Shown here one piece after another: positions 36,850-47,293 of a DNA stretch of 64,000 nucleotides. The number at the start of each line of letters is the position of its first letter. The first letter of the stretch is position 1. A program made the translations under genes and the position numbers. The stretch is from Cytophagales bacterium (lineage in GTDB: Bacteria; Bacteroidota; Bacteroidia; Cytophagales; MED-G16), in NCBI GenBank assembly GCA_045568775.1, contig JBJLAJ010000001.1:72151-136150 (forward strand), given 5' to 3'. Under the pieces are notes generated by a model that was given only the letters and a program-made list of their open reading frames with translations, made no database searches and was not told the origin of the DNA.

Positions 36850-38200
36850 CAGCAAAATTCTGATAGAAACAGGTTATCGTCTCTATCCCTTTATAAAAGT
36901 TATATAATCCATAAGACTCGTTAGGAGAATGTATTGCGTCTTCATCTAATCCAAATCCCATTAATATAGAGTCCAAACCAAGTTCTTTTTTAAAAAGAGC
37001 AACAATCGGTATGCTGCCTCCATCAAAAGTTGGAACAGGGTCTTTATTCCAAACCTTTTGAAACGCTTTATAAGCAGACCTATATCCTTTAGTGTCTGTG
37101 TTAACAATACACGGCTCGCCACCATGGTGATCAGTGATTTTAATGCTACAAGATTTAGGACAAATCTTATTTAGATGATCCTTAAACAATCTTGATATTT
37201 CAGAGCTTGATTGATTAGAAACCAATCTCATAGAAATTTTAGCATAAGCCTTGGATGGCAATACTGTTTTTGCACCTTCATTAGTATATCCTCCCCAAAT
37301 TCCGTTTACATCAAGCGTTGGTCTTGTTCCTATTCTTTCAACTGTGGAATATCCTTTCTCGCCAAAAGTATCTCCAATTTTAATGTGTGACTTAAATTCT
37401 GATAGATCAAACGGGACATTATTAATTTCATCTCTTTGTTCATCTTGATAGGTTATAACATTATCATAAAAACCAGGTATTAGGATCTTACCATTGCTAT
37501 CTTTTAAAGATGCTATTATTTCACACAATTGATTTATCGGATTATTAACAGCTCCCCCATAAGTTCCAGAGTGCAAATCTCTATTAGGTCCTGTTAGCTC
37601 TACTTCCATATAGGAAAGACCTCTTAGGCCTACTGTTATCGAAGGGTTATCGTTGTTAATTATACTTGTATCAGAAATAACAATTACGTCTGCAGATAAT
37701 TTTTCTTTATTAGAAGAAACAAATTCTTCAAGGCTTCCTGACCCACACTCTTCTTCTCCCTCTATCATAAATTTTATGTTAAAATTTATTTTTCCAGTTT
37801 CCTGCAAAGCTTCATAGGCTTTAAGATGCATATACATTTGTCCTTTGTCATCACAAGATCCCCTAGCATAAATTTTTTCGTTTTTAATCGTAGGTTCAAA
37901 GGGTGGTGTGTCCCATAACTCATAGGGGTCAGCTGGCTGAACATCGTAATGGCCATAAACTAAAATAGTTGGATAAGAAGTATCTAATATTTTTTCAGCA
38001 TAAACTATTGGATGGCCTTTTGTTTTTATTTTTTCTACCTTATCAAGGTTAAGTTTCATAAAAGAATTAACCAACCATTCTGCTGCCTTATCAACTTCAT
38101 TCTTAAATTTTGAATCTGCACTAACTGACTCAATTCTTAAAAGCTCAAAAAGTTCATCTAAGAATCTGTCTTTATTGTTATTAATATATTCATTTATCAT
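36836..38200 (-). CDS. M20A family dipeptidase
   Basis: YGHYDVQP, ARGSCDDKGQ, EGEEECGS, DLHSG, GGSIP, HSPNE. Confidence 0.9.
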   Translation of the reverse strand: MINEYINNNKDRFLDELFELLRIESVSADSKFKNEVDKAAEWLVNSFMKLNLDKVEKIKTKGHPIVYAEKILDTSYPTILVYGHYDVQPADPYELWDTPPFEPTIKNEKIYARGSCDDKGQMYMHLKAYEALQETGKINFNIKFMIEGEEECGSGSLEEFVSSNKEKLSADVIVISDTSIINNDNPSITVGLRGLSYMEVELTGPNRDLHSGTYGGAVNNPINQLCEIIASLKDSNGKILIPGFYDNVITYQDEQRDEINNVPFDLSEFKSHIKIGDTFGEKGYSTVERIGTRPTLDVNGIWGGYTNEGAKTVLPSKAYAKISMRLVSNQSSSEISRLFKDHLNKICPKSCSIKITDHHGGEPCIVNTDTKGYRSAYKAFQKVWNKDPVPTFDGGSIPIVALFKKELGLDSILMGFGLDEDAIHSPNESYGLYNFYKGIETITCFYQNFADDEK

Positions 38201-38206
38201 AGGAAG

Positions 38207-38214
38207 CAAATTTA
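38207..38214 (-). promoter_or_regulatory. -7 box (TAAATTTG) 6 nt before the dipeptidase ATG
   Basis: Minus strand reads TAAATTTG-CTTCCT-ATG. Confidence 0.6.
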
Positions 38215-38278
38215 ATCATATATACGAGTTACCTAAAGATATGATCAACTTAAATTTGTTAAAAAAAATTAACAAAAA

Positions 38279-41200
38279 TTAAAAACCATCATCTTCGTCA
38301 TCAGTAACAGTTTTGAAAACTTCATCTTCTAAAAAAGTATCTGAAGGAGACATTAAATCATAGGGTTCCTCAATTCCAAAATACCTTAGTCTGAAGTTAT
38401 TTATATAATCTAAAATATAATTTTCATCAACAATATTGATAGGTATAAATTTGTCTTTTGACTCAGAAGTCGATATCATTTCTGAGTTATACCTTTCGTT
38501 CGAAGAAAAGGTTTTAAGTGATTTCCCATCATAACTCATATACACCCAAAACTCAGGTGCGGGTTGTAAGAACAAACTAAAAACATAATCATAATCACTT
38601 ATGTATTTTATTTCTACAAATCCATCTATAGATGCGTTGACATCTCTTGGTCCTATATTTGAAAGGTTAACCACCGAGGTATTATACCAAGAATTATTCT
38701 TCTGAGACCAACTGAAGTTTGTGTTAGGAAAAACAAAAGTGCTATTCAGCACAGCCTCTGATTCAGTTAAAGACTTGTATTCACTCAATATCATGTTCTC
38801 ATAGGCAAGAGTTTTTTGATGTCCAATTATATCAGAAAGCCTCATCAAAACATCTTCTTCATTATCATGAGCTATAGGAGCGCCATAAGTTTCTATAATA
38901 TCATTAAAAGCAAATCCTAATTCGTCAACTATTGATCTTTTTAAGTTAATATCTATAATTAAAAATAAGTCAGAATTAATATTCATTGAATCCAAAAATG
39001 ATTTACCAGACATAGATGAAAAAACTCTAAAATTATTATCGTTATCAATCATTTTAACTTTACCTTCAAAGGCTACTTGATTTTTTTTAGGATTAAATAA
39101 TAGCGAGTTACCATTATAAACAGCTTGATTTCTTTTGCCCACAGTTTCGATCAAATATTCTCCAGTAAAGGAATCGTAAGATAGTTTCCCTGAAGGGTTA
39201 AAAAAGACCAAACTACCTTTGCTAACAGGATTATTAAAAAAATCAAAAAACAATTCGTTAGAGTTTTTTGATATGGCTGCATTATAAAAACCGTCTCCTT
39301 CTGAAATATTTAAAGTAAGTTCGTCGCCTGGAGAAAAATAACCATCAAACGGAATTGCGTTTTCAATTCTAAATTCCTTAATTTCTGATGGAATAATATT
39401 ACCCTTAAAAAGTAATTGCTCATTATTAGCTACAAGTTCTATTTTACCATAAAAATTAAAGCCAGGCTCCATAAGAATAGGAGAGGATTCTTCTACAATT
39501 CCCATAGAAAATGAAGACATTAATCCGAAATCCAATGACTTTAATTCAAATTCAGAAAAGGGTAAATTAAAAGTATCATTATCAAAATTAACATATTCAT
39601 AAATGCCTTGGCCTTCAAATTTATTTTTAGACTTAATGGTTATATCAGAATTAGTAAACTTATGATATTCATTAATTGTATCTAAAATTAGATTGGCTTC
39701 TGTTAAGGGAAATATATTAAATTCTTCACTTACTGTAATAGAACCTTTTTTGGGAATTATGTAGGCATCTGCAACTTGCAATTCAGGTATACCTTGAATA
39801 CTTATATTGGCAGAGCTTAAATCTATTGAAGCGTTAGTAGCTCTAAAATTCCAATTGCTGAAGTTTTCACTTAAAGGATAAAAGTAATGGTTCTCATCAA
39901 TTTCAGCATTTAAATCAACTCTATTTTCATTAATTAGCCAATTAGCATAAGATAGAGATGAGCTGGTTTTATAATGAGGCAATATAAAATTTCTCTCATC
40001 AAAAAAGTTTGATTTAAATTCCATTTCATTAGCCATAATATCAAATTTAAAAAAAACATCCTTAGCCTTTAGAAGTCCTGATTTGTGATTATTATGATTA
40101 AGGTTAACTTCTGTGCTTTCAGAAATTAATAATTCATCACTAAAAGAAAAATTATCAGAAATAAATTGTGAATTATTTGTTCTTATCATTCCCTCTGAAG
40201 TAACCGCTTTTGATGATATAATTAGATCACCAAAAACCTCTACGTTTTTATCATAAGCATAAACCTTATTGTTATTTATAGAGTCATAATTTAAGTATAC
40301 ATAATCATCTTTAAGGTTAAAATATGTAAAATTCAAACCCGAAAGCTCCATCGGAGGATAATTAAATTTTTCGTTGTTATAAAAACCTTTATAAACAAAT
40401 CCCTTATCTAGATTTCCTGTTAGTGAATCTGGAAAAAACCTTACCCTATCAGAAAATAACATTGTGGTTTTATATTTAATATTGCCAGACATGTATAGTC
40501 CAGTAGAATCCATTAATAAATTATTATAAACGTTAATTTTGTTTTTATACGCTGGTATTCCTTTTTCTTCAATCTTCATATTGAAACCGAGAGAATTATC
40601 TGGCATCGTGATTAAGTTTGTTTCTATTGGTTCAAATATGTTGTTTGAATGAAATGTTCCTGGAAATTCAAATTTAGGCAAGCTAGATTTATCTAAACTA
40701 TCGATTCTAAACTGATCAATTGAAAAATAAAAAGTACTATCGTATTCTTCTCCGTATTCCTGTGGAAGGTCAAAATAAACCTTTGTACTTTTCTTAGAAA
40801 TAAAAGATGGAAACTTAGGGAGCTGCCTTCTTGATGATTTATTTTTAGGGTGATTAATAAATAAGTCACCACCTATATTAAAAAGATAGTTATAACTATC
40901 TTTAGAGTTGTTTTTAGTCATCATCTTCAAAGTATCAATTTCGATTAAATCTAGAAGATAAGAATCATAATCAAAGTGAACTTTGACACCATTAAAATCA
41001 AAATTACCAACAGAGATATCCCCAATAAGTTTAACAGATCTGTTTTTATTTAATTCAACTTTTCCGTTCTTTGGATAGACTATAATGTTATTTTTTTTGC
41101 TGATAGTTATGCTTTCTACACCAACAAAATGCATTGAATTATTAGAAAGATCATAAATTAAATTTTTAGAATTTGGAGATAAAGAAGCAAAATTAAATTC

Positions 41201-42799
41201 ATCATAATCAGACCTTTTAAGGTGTGAAGTATAATAATGTCTAAGTTTAGGTAATATTTTGATCAAACCAATTGAACGATCATAAGCAACAAACCCATTT
41301 CTCCAAAGACTCATTACTCCTCCTTCTATAAGAGCTGGTTTTGATTTAAAAAAGTAAGCTAAGTCTGTTAAATAAAAATCTCTTCGTTTCACCTTAGAAA
41401 AATAAGTATAAGTAGCTTTTAAAATATTTATCCCGTTAAGGTCAGACATTTCGTTTAGTTTGTTATTCGAATAATATTGAGTTGAAAAAACATTTATGGG
41501 ACGTTGATTAGGCGCTATAATCATTCCGAATTCAACTTTATCGTTTTCTAAATGATAACGCAAAAAATCTGGATCAAATTCAATATCAAAATATGATGAA
41601 TAAAAAGAAGTGTTTTTTAGTGGTCCTTCTAAATTTAAAACTTCAATGCTGTTTGTAATTTTATTGTAATTAAACTCTACTAAGGGGTGGTATAGAGAGT
41701 CAGACTTGTGTTGTATTTTAAAATATGATGAAGGTGATGATATAGTAGTTTTATCTAATTTAAAAGAGTGACTGTTTATAATTATTTGTTTATCATTATC
41801 TAGTCTAAATATAATTTCACTGTCTTCACCAGCAAGTGATTTTGTTACCAGATTATCTCCTTCAAGAGCTAATCCCATTTTAATACGAATATTATTTTGA
41901 AAAGTAAAATCAATGTTAGACTCATTGGAAATGAATGAAAATTTATTATCAGGGCCTCCTAAATTTTTTGGAGGTAAATAGTCAAATACTCCTAAAATAT
42001 TTTTGAATTCTTTTGAATTAAATTTTGTTTCATTAGATGTTATTTTTCCCTTTTCAAGGTCAATATTAAAACGATTTAAAATAAACTCAACCTTATCAAG
42101 TTGTTCATTATTGATATAAGATGAGATTAGCCCGTCACTTCCCTCAATAACATTGAAATCTGGATAAAAATTAAAGTTTGATTTTGAGATTTTAAAGTTT
42201 TCATTGGATGTGTAAAAGTTGATGTTAGAATTATAAAAATTAAAAGTTAAAACACCTAAATCATTGCCTTCCTCAGTATAAATATTATAATTTGAAAATT
42301 TATCTACACTAACTTTAAAAGTAGATTCGTAATTTATTTTATGGGATGCCCTTTCAACAAAGTGTTTATTGTTTATTTTTTCCCATAATACCTGAAAATA
42401 ACGAGCGGGTTTATCTGTAGAATAAATAAAATAATAATGGTAAAGAAGTACATCAGCAAATGATGATTTAGAATCTAAATTATTTAAAATCCAATCTGAG
42501 TAATAAAGAAAAGCTAAGTAGTTTTTAGTATTAGATGAGGATAAAAAATTAAGTATTTCAATAAAAGTTTGTTTTTCTTCGTTAGAAAAACTTTGTTTCC
42601 AATTGTCTAGGGTTCTTAATAATATTTCTTTTTCCGAACTTTCTATGCCTAAAGTTTTAAAATCTAATTTTATTTGATCATTAAATTGACCCAGAGAGTA
42701 GTTTATTTTTGACTGTGAAAAAGAAACAAAAAAAGAAAACAGAAATATCAGGCTAAAAGTTATTTTAATTAGTACTTGACCTATACTCATGATATTCAA
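38279..42799 (-). CDS. Large exported hypothetical protein (1506 aa)
   Basis: Uninterrupted ORF with a signal peptide ending SFS-Q, rich in alternating beta-strand patterns; coupled to tpiA. Confidence 0.8.
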   Translation of the reverse strand: MNIMSIGQVLIKITFSLIFLFSFFVSFSQSKINYSLGQFNDQIKLDFKTLGIESSEKEILLRTLDNWKQSFSNEEKQTFIEILNFLSSSNTKNYLAFLYYSDWILNNLDSKSSFADVLLYHYYFIYSTDKPARYFQVLWEKINNKHFVERASHKINYESTFKVSVDKFSNYNIYTEEGNDLGVLTFNFYNSNINFYTSNENFKISKSNFNFYPDFNVIEGSDGLISSYINNEQLDKVEFILNRFNIDLEKGKITSNETKFNSKEFKNILGVFDYLPPKNLGGPDNKFSFISNESNIDFTFQNNIRIKMGLALEGDNLVTKSLAGEDSEIIFRLDNDKQIIINSHSFKLDKTTISSPSSYFKIQHKSDSLYHPLVEFNYNKITNSIEVLNLEGPLKNTSFYSSYFDIEFDPDFLRYHLENDKVEFGMIIAPNQRPINVFSTQYYSNNKLNEMSDLNGINILKATYTYFSKVKRRDFYLTDLAYFFKSKPALIEGGVMSLWRNGFVAYDRSIGLIKILPKLRHYYTSHLKRSDYDEFNFASLSPNSKNLIYDLSNNSMHFVGVESITISKKNNIIVYPKNGKVELNKNRSVKLIGDISVGNFDFNGVKVHFDYDSYLLDLIEIDTLKMMTKNNSKDSYNYLFNIGGDLFINHPKNKSSRRQLPKFPSFISKKSTKVYFDLPQEYGEEYDSTFYFSIDQFRIDSLDKSSLPKFEFPGTFHSNNIFEPIETNLITMPDNSLGFNMKIEEKGIPAYKNKINVYNNLLMDSTGLYMSGNIKYKTTMLFSDRVRFFPDSLTGNLDKGFVYKGFYNNEKFNYPPMELSGLNFTYFNLKDDYVYLNYDSINNNKVYAYDKNVEVFGDLIISSKAVTSEGMIRTNNSQFISDNFSFSDELLISESTEVNLNHNNHKSGLLKAKDVFFKFDIMANEMEFKSNFFDERNFILPHYKTSSSLSYANWLINENRVDLNAEIDENHYFYPLSENFSNWNFRATNASIDLSSANISIQGIPELQVADAYIIPKKGSITVSEEFNIFPLTEANLILDTINEYHKFTNSDITIKSKNKFEGQGIYEYVNFDNDTFNLPFSEFELKSLDFGLMSSFSMGIVEESSPILMEPGFNFYGKIELVANNEQLLFKGNIIPSEIKEFRIENAIPFDGYFSPGDELTLNISEGDGFYNAAISKNSNELFFDFFNNPVSKGSLVFFNPSGKLSYDSFTGEYLIETVGKRNQAVYNGNSLLFNPKKNQVAFEGKVKMIDNDNNFRVFSSMSGKSFLDSMNINSDLFLIIDINLKRSIVDELGFAFNDIIETYGAPIAHDNEEDVLMRLSDIIGHQKTLAYENMILSEYKSLTESEAVLNSTFVFPNTNFSWSQKNNSWYNTSVVNLSNIGPRDVNASIDGFVEIKYISDYDYVFSLFLQPAPEFWVYMSYDGKSLKTFSSNERYNSEMISTSESKDKFIPINIVDENYILDYINNFRLRYFGIEEPYDLMSPSDTFLEDEVFKTVTDDEDDGF

Positions 42800-43560
42800 C
42801 TGATTGAGTTAACAATATCAATAAACTCTTGTGCTTGAAGAGAAGCTCCTCCGATTAGCCCCCCATTAACATCATTGATTTCAAAAATTTCTTTTGCGTT
42901 AAACGCATTAACACTTCCTCCATACAGGATACTTGTGTTTTTTGATACTGAAGAACCAAATTTTTGTTTAATAGTCTTTCTTATAGCAACGTGCATTTCT
43001 TCTATTTCTTCATTACTTGCTGTCTTTCCTGAACCAATTGCCCAAACTGGTTCATAGGCTATTATAACTTTTTGAAAACTTTCTTTGTTTAATTTTAAAA
43101 CCGTTTCCTTAAGTTGATTTATAACATATTCCAAGTGGTTGTTTTTGTTCCTGAAGATAAGTGGTTCACCACAACAAAAAATTGGAGAAATATTTCTTTC
43201 AACTGAAAGCAAAACTTTATTTAATAATTCTTCATTTGTCTCAGAAAAAAGCTCTCTGCGTTCACTATGGCCTATTATGACATATTTTATCCCAAGACTT
43301 TTTAACATTACAGCCGAAACCTCTCCTGTGAATGCACCTTGCTTAAAAGAACTACAATTTTGGGCACCAACAAAAACAGATTCAGTGCCAGTGCACATGT
43401 TGTCAATGGATAATAAAAACGGATGCGGAACACATAAAACCTTTAACGTTTTGGGGTCATTCTTCCTGTTCAATAATTTTAAAAACTCATATGTTAATTT
43501 TTTAGAAGAATACTCGTCGTTATTCATTTTCCAATTTGCTGCAATTATATTTTGTGCCAT
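42796..43560 (-). CDS. tpiA: Triosephosphate isomerase
   Basis: AANWKMN, GAFTGEVS, IIGHSERR, AYEPVWAIG, LYGGSV, LIGGASL. Confidence 0.98.
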   Translation of the reverse strand: MAQNIIAANWKMNNDEYSSKKLTYEFLKLLNRKNDPKTLKVLCVPHPFLLSIDNMCTGTESVFVGAQNCSSFKQGAFTGEVSAVMLKSLGIKYVIIGHSERRELFSETNEELLNKVLLSVERNISPIFCCGEPLIFRNKNNHLEYVINQLKETVLKLNKESFQKVIIAYEPVWAIGSGKTASNEEIEEMHVAIRKTIKQKFGSSVSKNTSILYGGSVNAFNAKEIFEINDVNGGLIGGASLQAQEFIDIVNSIS

Positions 43561-43579
43561 TATATTCTTTTTTGTACTA

Positions 43580-43587
43580 CAAAATTA
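43580..43587 (-). promoter_or_regulatory. -7 box (TAATTTTG) upstream of tpiA
   Basis: Exact TAnnTTTG, 19 nt before the ATG. Confidence 0.55.
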
Positions 43588-43614
43588 ATTTAAATATTTT
43601 ATTGGTTATGAAAA

Positions 43615-46374
43615 TCAAATAACGAACTCTTTCTTTAAATATTTTGCTGTTTTATTGTTCCTTAGTTTAATTAAGTTTTGTGGTGTTCCTTCAAAACAGA
43701 CTAAACCCCCTCCTTGTCCACCGTCTGGCCCCATATCAATTATCCAATCTGCTTGCTTAATCAACTCTGTGTTGTGTTCAATTATTATAACTGAATTACC
43801 ACTGTCTATCAAACGAAAAACTGAAGTCATAAAATAAGAAATGTCTTTATTGTGTAGTCCAGAAGATGGTTCATCAAATATGAAAAGAGTTTTTTCATTT
43901 AGCTTTTTATCATCTGAAAGATACGTAGCTAACTTCAGCCTTTGGGCCTCACCGCCGCTAAGTGTACTAGAAGATTGTCCTAATCTCAAATATCCTAAAC
44001 CCACATCTAACATAGGTTTAAGTTTTTTCTGTATTGTTCTAGACGACGAGAAGAAAAGATGTGATTCTTCTATTGTCATCTCTAGCACATCATAAATGTT
44101 TTTATCATTATATGTGATTTCAAGTATTTTCTTTTTAAATCTTTTTCCTTTACAAGCACTGCACTCTAAATAAAGATCTGCCATAAACTGCATCTCAATT
44201 TTTTTTGTTCCCTCTCCAAGGCACTCATCACACCTACCCCCATCAACATTAAAGGAAAAGTCAGAAGGCTTAATTGACTTATCAGACTTAAAGCCCTCAC
44301 TTGAAAAAATCTTCCTTATAGCATCATATGCTTTAGAGTATGTGGCTGGGTTTGATCTAGAAGACCTCCCTACTGGGTTTTGGTCTACCATCTCAATATT
44401 TTGAATATTTTGAATATCACCTTTTAAAGAGCCGTAGTTGCCTTCTTTATCATACTTTTTATCTAACCTCTTTGCTAGGGCAGGATGGAGAATTTGTTTT
44501 ACAAGGGTTGATTTTCCAGAACCACTAACCCCAGTAACAACAACTAAACATTCGAGTGGAAAGTTGACATCTATGTTTTTTAAATTATTCTCTCTGGCTT
44601 GACAAATTGTAATTTTTTTAGAATGTTTTCTAACATGAGATTTTTCCATTTTTTTTTTGTTAAAAATAAAATCACTTGTGGGGCTATCTGTAGATTTACT
44701 TATAGATTTAGTTTTTCCTGAATAAACAACCTCGCCTCCTTTACTACCAGCGCCAGGACCTATATCAATTAAGTAATCGGAAGATAAGATGACATCTTCA
44801 TCATGCTCTACTACTATCACTGTGTTTCCTATATTTTTAAGAGACCGGAGTATTTCTATTAGTTTATTTGTATTATGAGGGTGTAATCCTACAGTAGGCT
44901 CATCCAAAACATATAAAGATCCAACTAATGAGCTACCTAAAGATGTTGCTAATTTAATCCTTTGAAACTCACCACCAGATAATGAATTAACTTTTCTGTT
45001 TAACGTTAAATACCCTAGCCCAATTTCATTAATATAATTAAGCCTTGTAATAATTTCTTGCAACGGCCTTTCACTAAGTTTTTTTTCATTGTCCGTGAGA
45101 GACAATTCTTTTAAGAATGTCAAAATATTATCTATTGGGCTTAAAACAATGTCTATAATACTCTTGTTGTTTATCTTGATATAATTAGCTTCTTCTCTTA
45201 TGCCAGAACCTAAACACATCTTGCATTTTGTTTTTCCTTTATACCTAGAAGCAATTATTCTGAACTGTATTTTATAACTCTTTTTTTCCAAATATTGAAA
45301 AAACTTATTTATCCCTTTAAATGCACCTTTCCCTTCCCAAATTATTTGTGTCTCTTCTGGTGAGAGCTGATTGAATGGCTTATGAATATTAACTTTATAT
45401 TCTCTGTTATTAGAGATTAAAGGCTTCAGCCACACTTTCATCTTCTCTGTTCTCCAAGGAGCAATACAGTTTGAAAAAATTGAAAGATTTTTATTAGGTA
45501 TAATTTTATTCTCATCAAAACCGAGAATATTTCCAAATCCACCGCATTCCGAACAAGCCCCGTATGGATTATTAAAACTAAAAAGATTAATGGATGGTTC
45601 TAGAAATTTTATTCCATCTAACTCAAACCTATTTGAAAATTCTTTTTTCTCATGAGGAAATGTTACCAATAGTCTTCCTTCACCCTCAAAGAAAGCTTCT
45701 TTACAGACCTCAACAACTTTAAACTTGAAATTTTCATCTCCCACATGAACAACTCCCCTATCTATAAGAACCTGAAAGTCCAAATGTTTTTTTTCAGAAG
45801 TAAGTACTGACTCTATTGTATAGAATTCACCTTCTATAATTAGCCTAGTAAAACCTTTATTCAACAACACCTCTAACTCTCTAACATAATTTTCTTTTGT
45901 TGTTTTTCTATATATTGAAATAAAATATTTCTTTCCTTTATTATTAAGAACATATTTTAAAACATCTTCATAACTATCTTTTTTTACAACATTTCCAGAA
46001 ACAGGAGAGATGGTTTGACCTATATTTAAATATAAAAGTTTTAAATAATCATATACCTCAGAAAGGGTTCCTACTGTTGATCTAGGGTTTTTATTGTTTC
46101 TTTTTTGATCTACCGCTATAGCTGGTGATAAACCTTCTATCATATCAACATTAGGCTTATCCATTCTCTTCAAAAATTGTCTCGCGTAAGAGCTTAAGCT
46201 TTCTATGTATTTTCTTTGTCCCTCAGCAAAAATCGTGTCAAAAGCAAGAGAAGTTTTTCCTGAACCAGAAACACCAGAAATAACAATTAACTCATTTCTT
46301 GGTATAGAAAGAGATATGTTTTTTAAATTATTTACTCTCGCTTTTTTAATAATTATGTTTTTTGGTTCTGACAT
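43615..46374 (-). CDS. uvrA: Excinuclease ABC subunit A (probably the second Bacteroidota paralog)
   Basis: Two ABC domains (GVSGSGKTS, GVSGSGKST, LSGGE twice, DEPT/DEPS) and CxxC zinc motifs. Confidence 0.93.
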   Translation of the reverse strand: MSEPKNIIIKKARVNNLKNISLSIPRNELIVISGVSGSGKTSLAFDTIFAEGQRKYIESLSSYARQFLKRMDKPNVDMIEGLSPAIAVDQKRNNKNPRSTVGTLSEVYDYLKLLYLNIGQTISPVSGNVVKKDSYEDVLKYVLNNKGKKYFISIYRKTTKENYVRELEVLLNKGFTRLIIEGEFYTIESVLTSEKKHLDFQVLIDRGVVHVGDENFKFKVVEVCKEAFFEGEGRLLVTFPHEKKEFSNRFELDGIKFLEPSINLFSFNNPYGACSECGGFGNILGFDENKIIPNKNLSIFSNCIAPWRTEKMKVWLKPLISNNREYKVNIHKPFNQLSPEETQIIWEGKGAFKGINKFFQYLEKKSYKIQFRIIASRYKGKTKCKMCLGSGIREEANYIKINNKSIIDIVLSPIDNILTFLKELSLTDNEKKLSERPLQEIITRLNYINEIGLGYLTLNRKVNSLSGGEFQRIKLATSLGSSLVGSLYVLDEPTVGLHPHNTNKLIEILRSLKNIGNTVIVVEHDEDVILSSDYLIDIGPGAGSKGGEVVYSGKTKSISKSTDSPTSDFIFNKKKMEKSHVRKHSKKITICQARENNLKNIDVNFPLECLVVVTGVSGSGKSTLVKQILHPALAKRLDKKYDKEGNYGSLKGDIQNIQNIEMVDQNPVGRSSRSNPATYSKAYDAIRKIFSSEGFKSDKSIKPSDFSFNVDGGRCDECLGEGTKKIEMQFMADLYLECSACKGKRFKKKILEITYNDKNIYDVLEMTIEESHLFFSSSRTIQKKLKPMLDVGLGYLRLGQSSSTLSGGEAQRLKLATYLSDDKKLNEKTLFIFDEPSSGLHNKDISYFMTSVFRLIDSGNSVIIIEHNTELIKQADWIIDMGPDGGQGGGLVCFEGTPQNLIKLRNNKTAKYLKKEFVI

Positions 46375-46479
46375 CTTTTTTGAATTTATAAAATCAATCT
46401 TTATCTTAGTTAAAATATTCTTAACAAAACAACACAATATGGTATAGACCTCTACGTTACTAAATTATAATAACTTATT

Positions 46480-47061
46480 ATGTTAAAAACGGAATTAAGT
46501 GATAGTTGTTTAATATCACTTTACACTCAAGGTAACGAGGAGGCAATGTCTACATTAATTGACAGACATAAATCCAGAATATTCACAACAATTTATTTAA
46601 TTGTAAAAGACAAATACATAGCAGAAGATATTTTACAAGACGTCTTTATTAAAACATTAAACGTTTTCAAACAAAAAAAATATAACGAACAAGGTAAGTT
46701 TCTGCCGTGGATTTTAAGGGTTGCTCACAATCAATCAATAGATCATTTTAGAAAAAACAAGAGACACCCTAAAATCACATTAGCAGATGGTTCAGATGTG
46801 TTTAATTGTCTAAAGTTTTCAGAGGACTTTACTGAATCTGAAAATCTATCAAAAGAAACTAAACTTTATTTAAAACAAATTATTCAAGATTTGCCTGACA
46901 AGCAAAGAGAGGTTTTAGTTATGAGACATTATATGGACATGAGTTTTCAAGAGATTGCAGAATCAACAGGTGTAAGTATTAACACAGCTTTAGGAAGAAT
47001 GAGATATGCGCTGATTGCGTTAAGAAAAAAAATAAAACCAAAACAAGTTGCCTATGAATAA
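46480..47061 (+). CDS. ECF-type RNA polymerase sigma factor
   Basis: Region 2 (DILQDVFIK, WILRVAHNQSIDHFRK) and region 4 (LPDKQREVLVMRHYMDMSFQEIA..GVSINTALGRMRYA). Confidence 0.9.
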   Translation: MLKTELSDSCLISLYTQGNEEAMSTLIDRHKSRIFTTIYLIVKDKYIAEDILQDVFIKTLNVFKQKKYNEQGKFLPWILRVAHNQSIDHFRKNKRHPKITLADGSDVFNCLKFSEDFTESENLSKETKLYLKQIIQDLPDKQREVLVMRHYMDMSFQEIAESTGVSINTALGRMRYALIALRKKIKPKQVAYE

Positions 47062-47293
47062 AACCTCTACTAATCTTGATATAGTAAAATATATCTACAA
47101 CGAATTAGAAGAACCTAATAAAAATAAAATCACAATTCAGTCTCTTATAGATGATAAAACAAAAAGTCAAATTGAATCCTTAAATGGAATTAAAGATTGT
47201 TTAGATAACTTTTGTTTAGAGCCTTCTGAAGAAACTATAAATAAAATAAAAGCCTACTCTATACAAAATAGAGAAAGCGAGTACTTTGCTTAA
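47054..47293 (+). CDS. Small protein coupled to the ECF sigma (putative anti-sigma)
   Basis: 79 aa, overlaps the sigma stop codon; LVKYIYNEL- and EPSEETI-like patterns. Confidence 0.55.
   Translation: MNKTSTNLDIVKYIYNELEEPNKNKITIQSLIDDKTKSQIESLNGIKDCLDNFCLEPSEETINKIKAYSIQNRESEYFA

Noticed and set aside
46421-46460. Possible ECF promoter (AAC...CGT) upstream of the sigma gene
   Set aside because: The spacer is 21 nt, outside the usual 16-17 nt.
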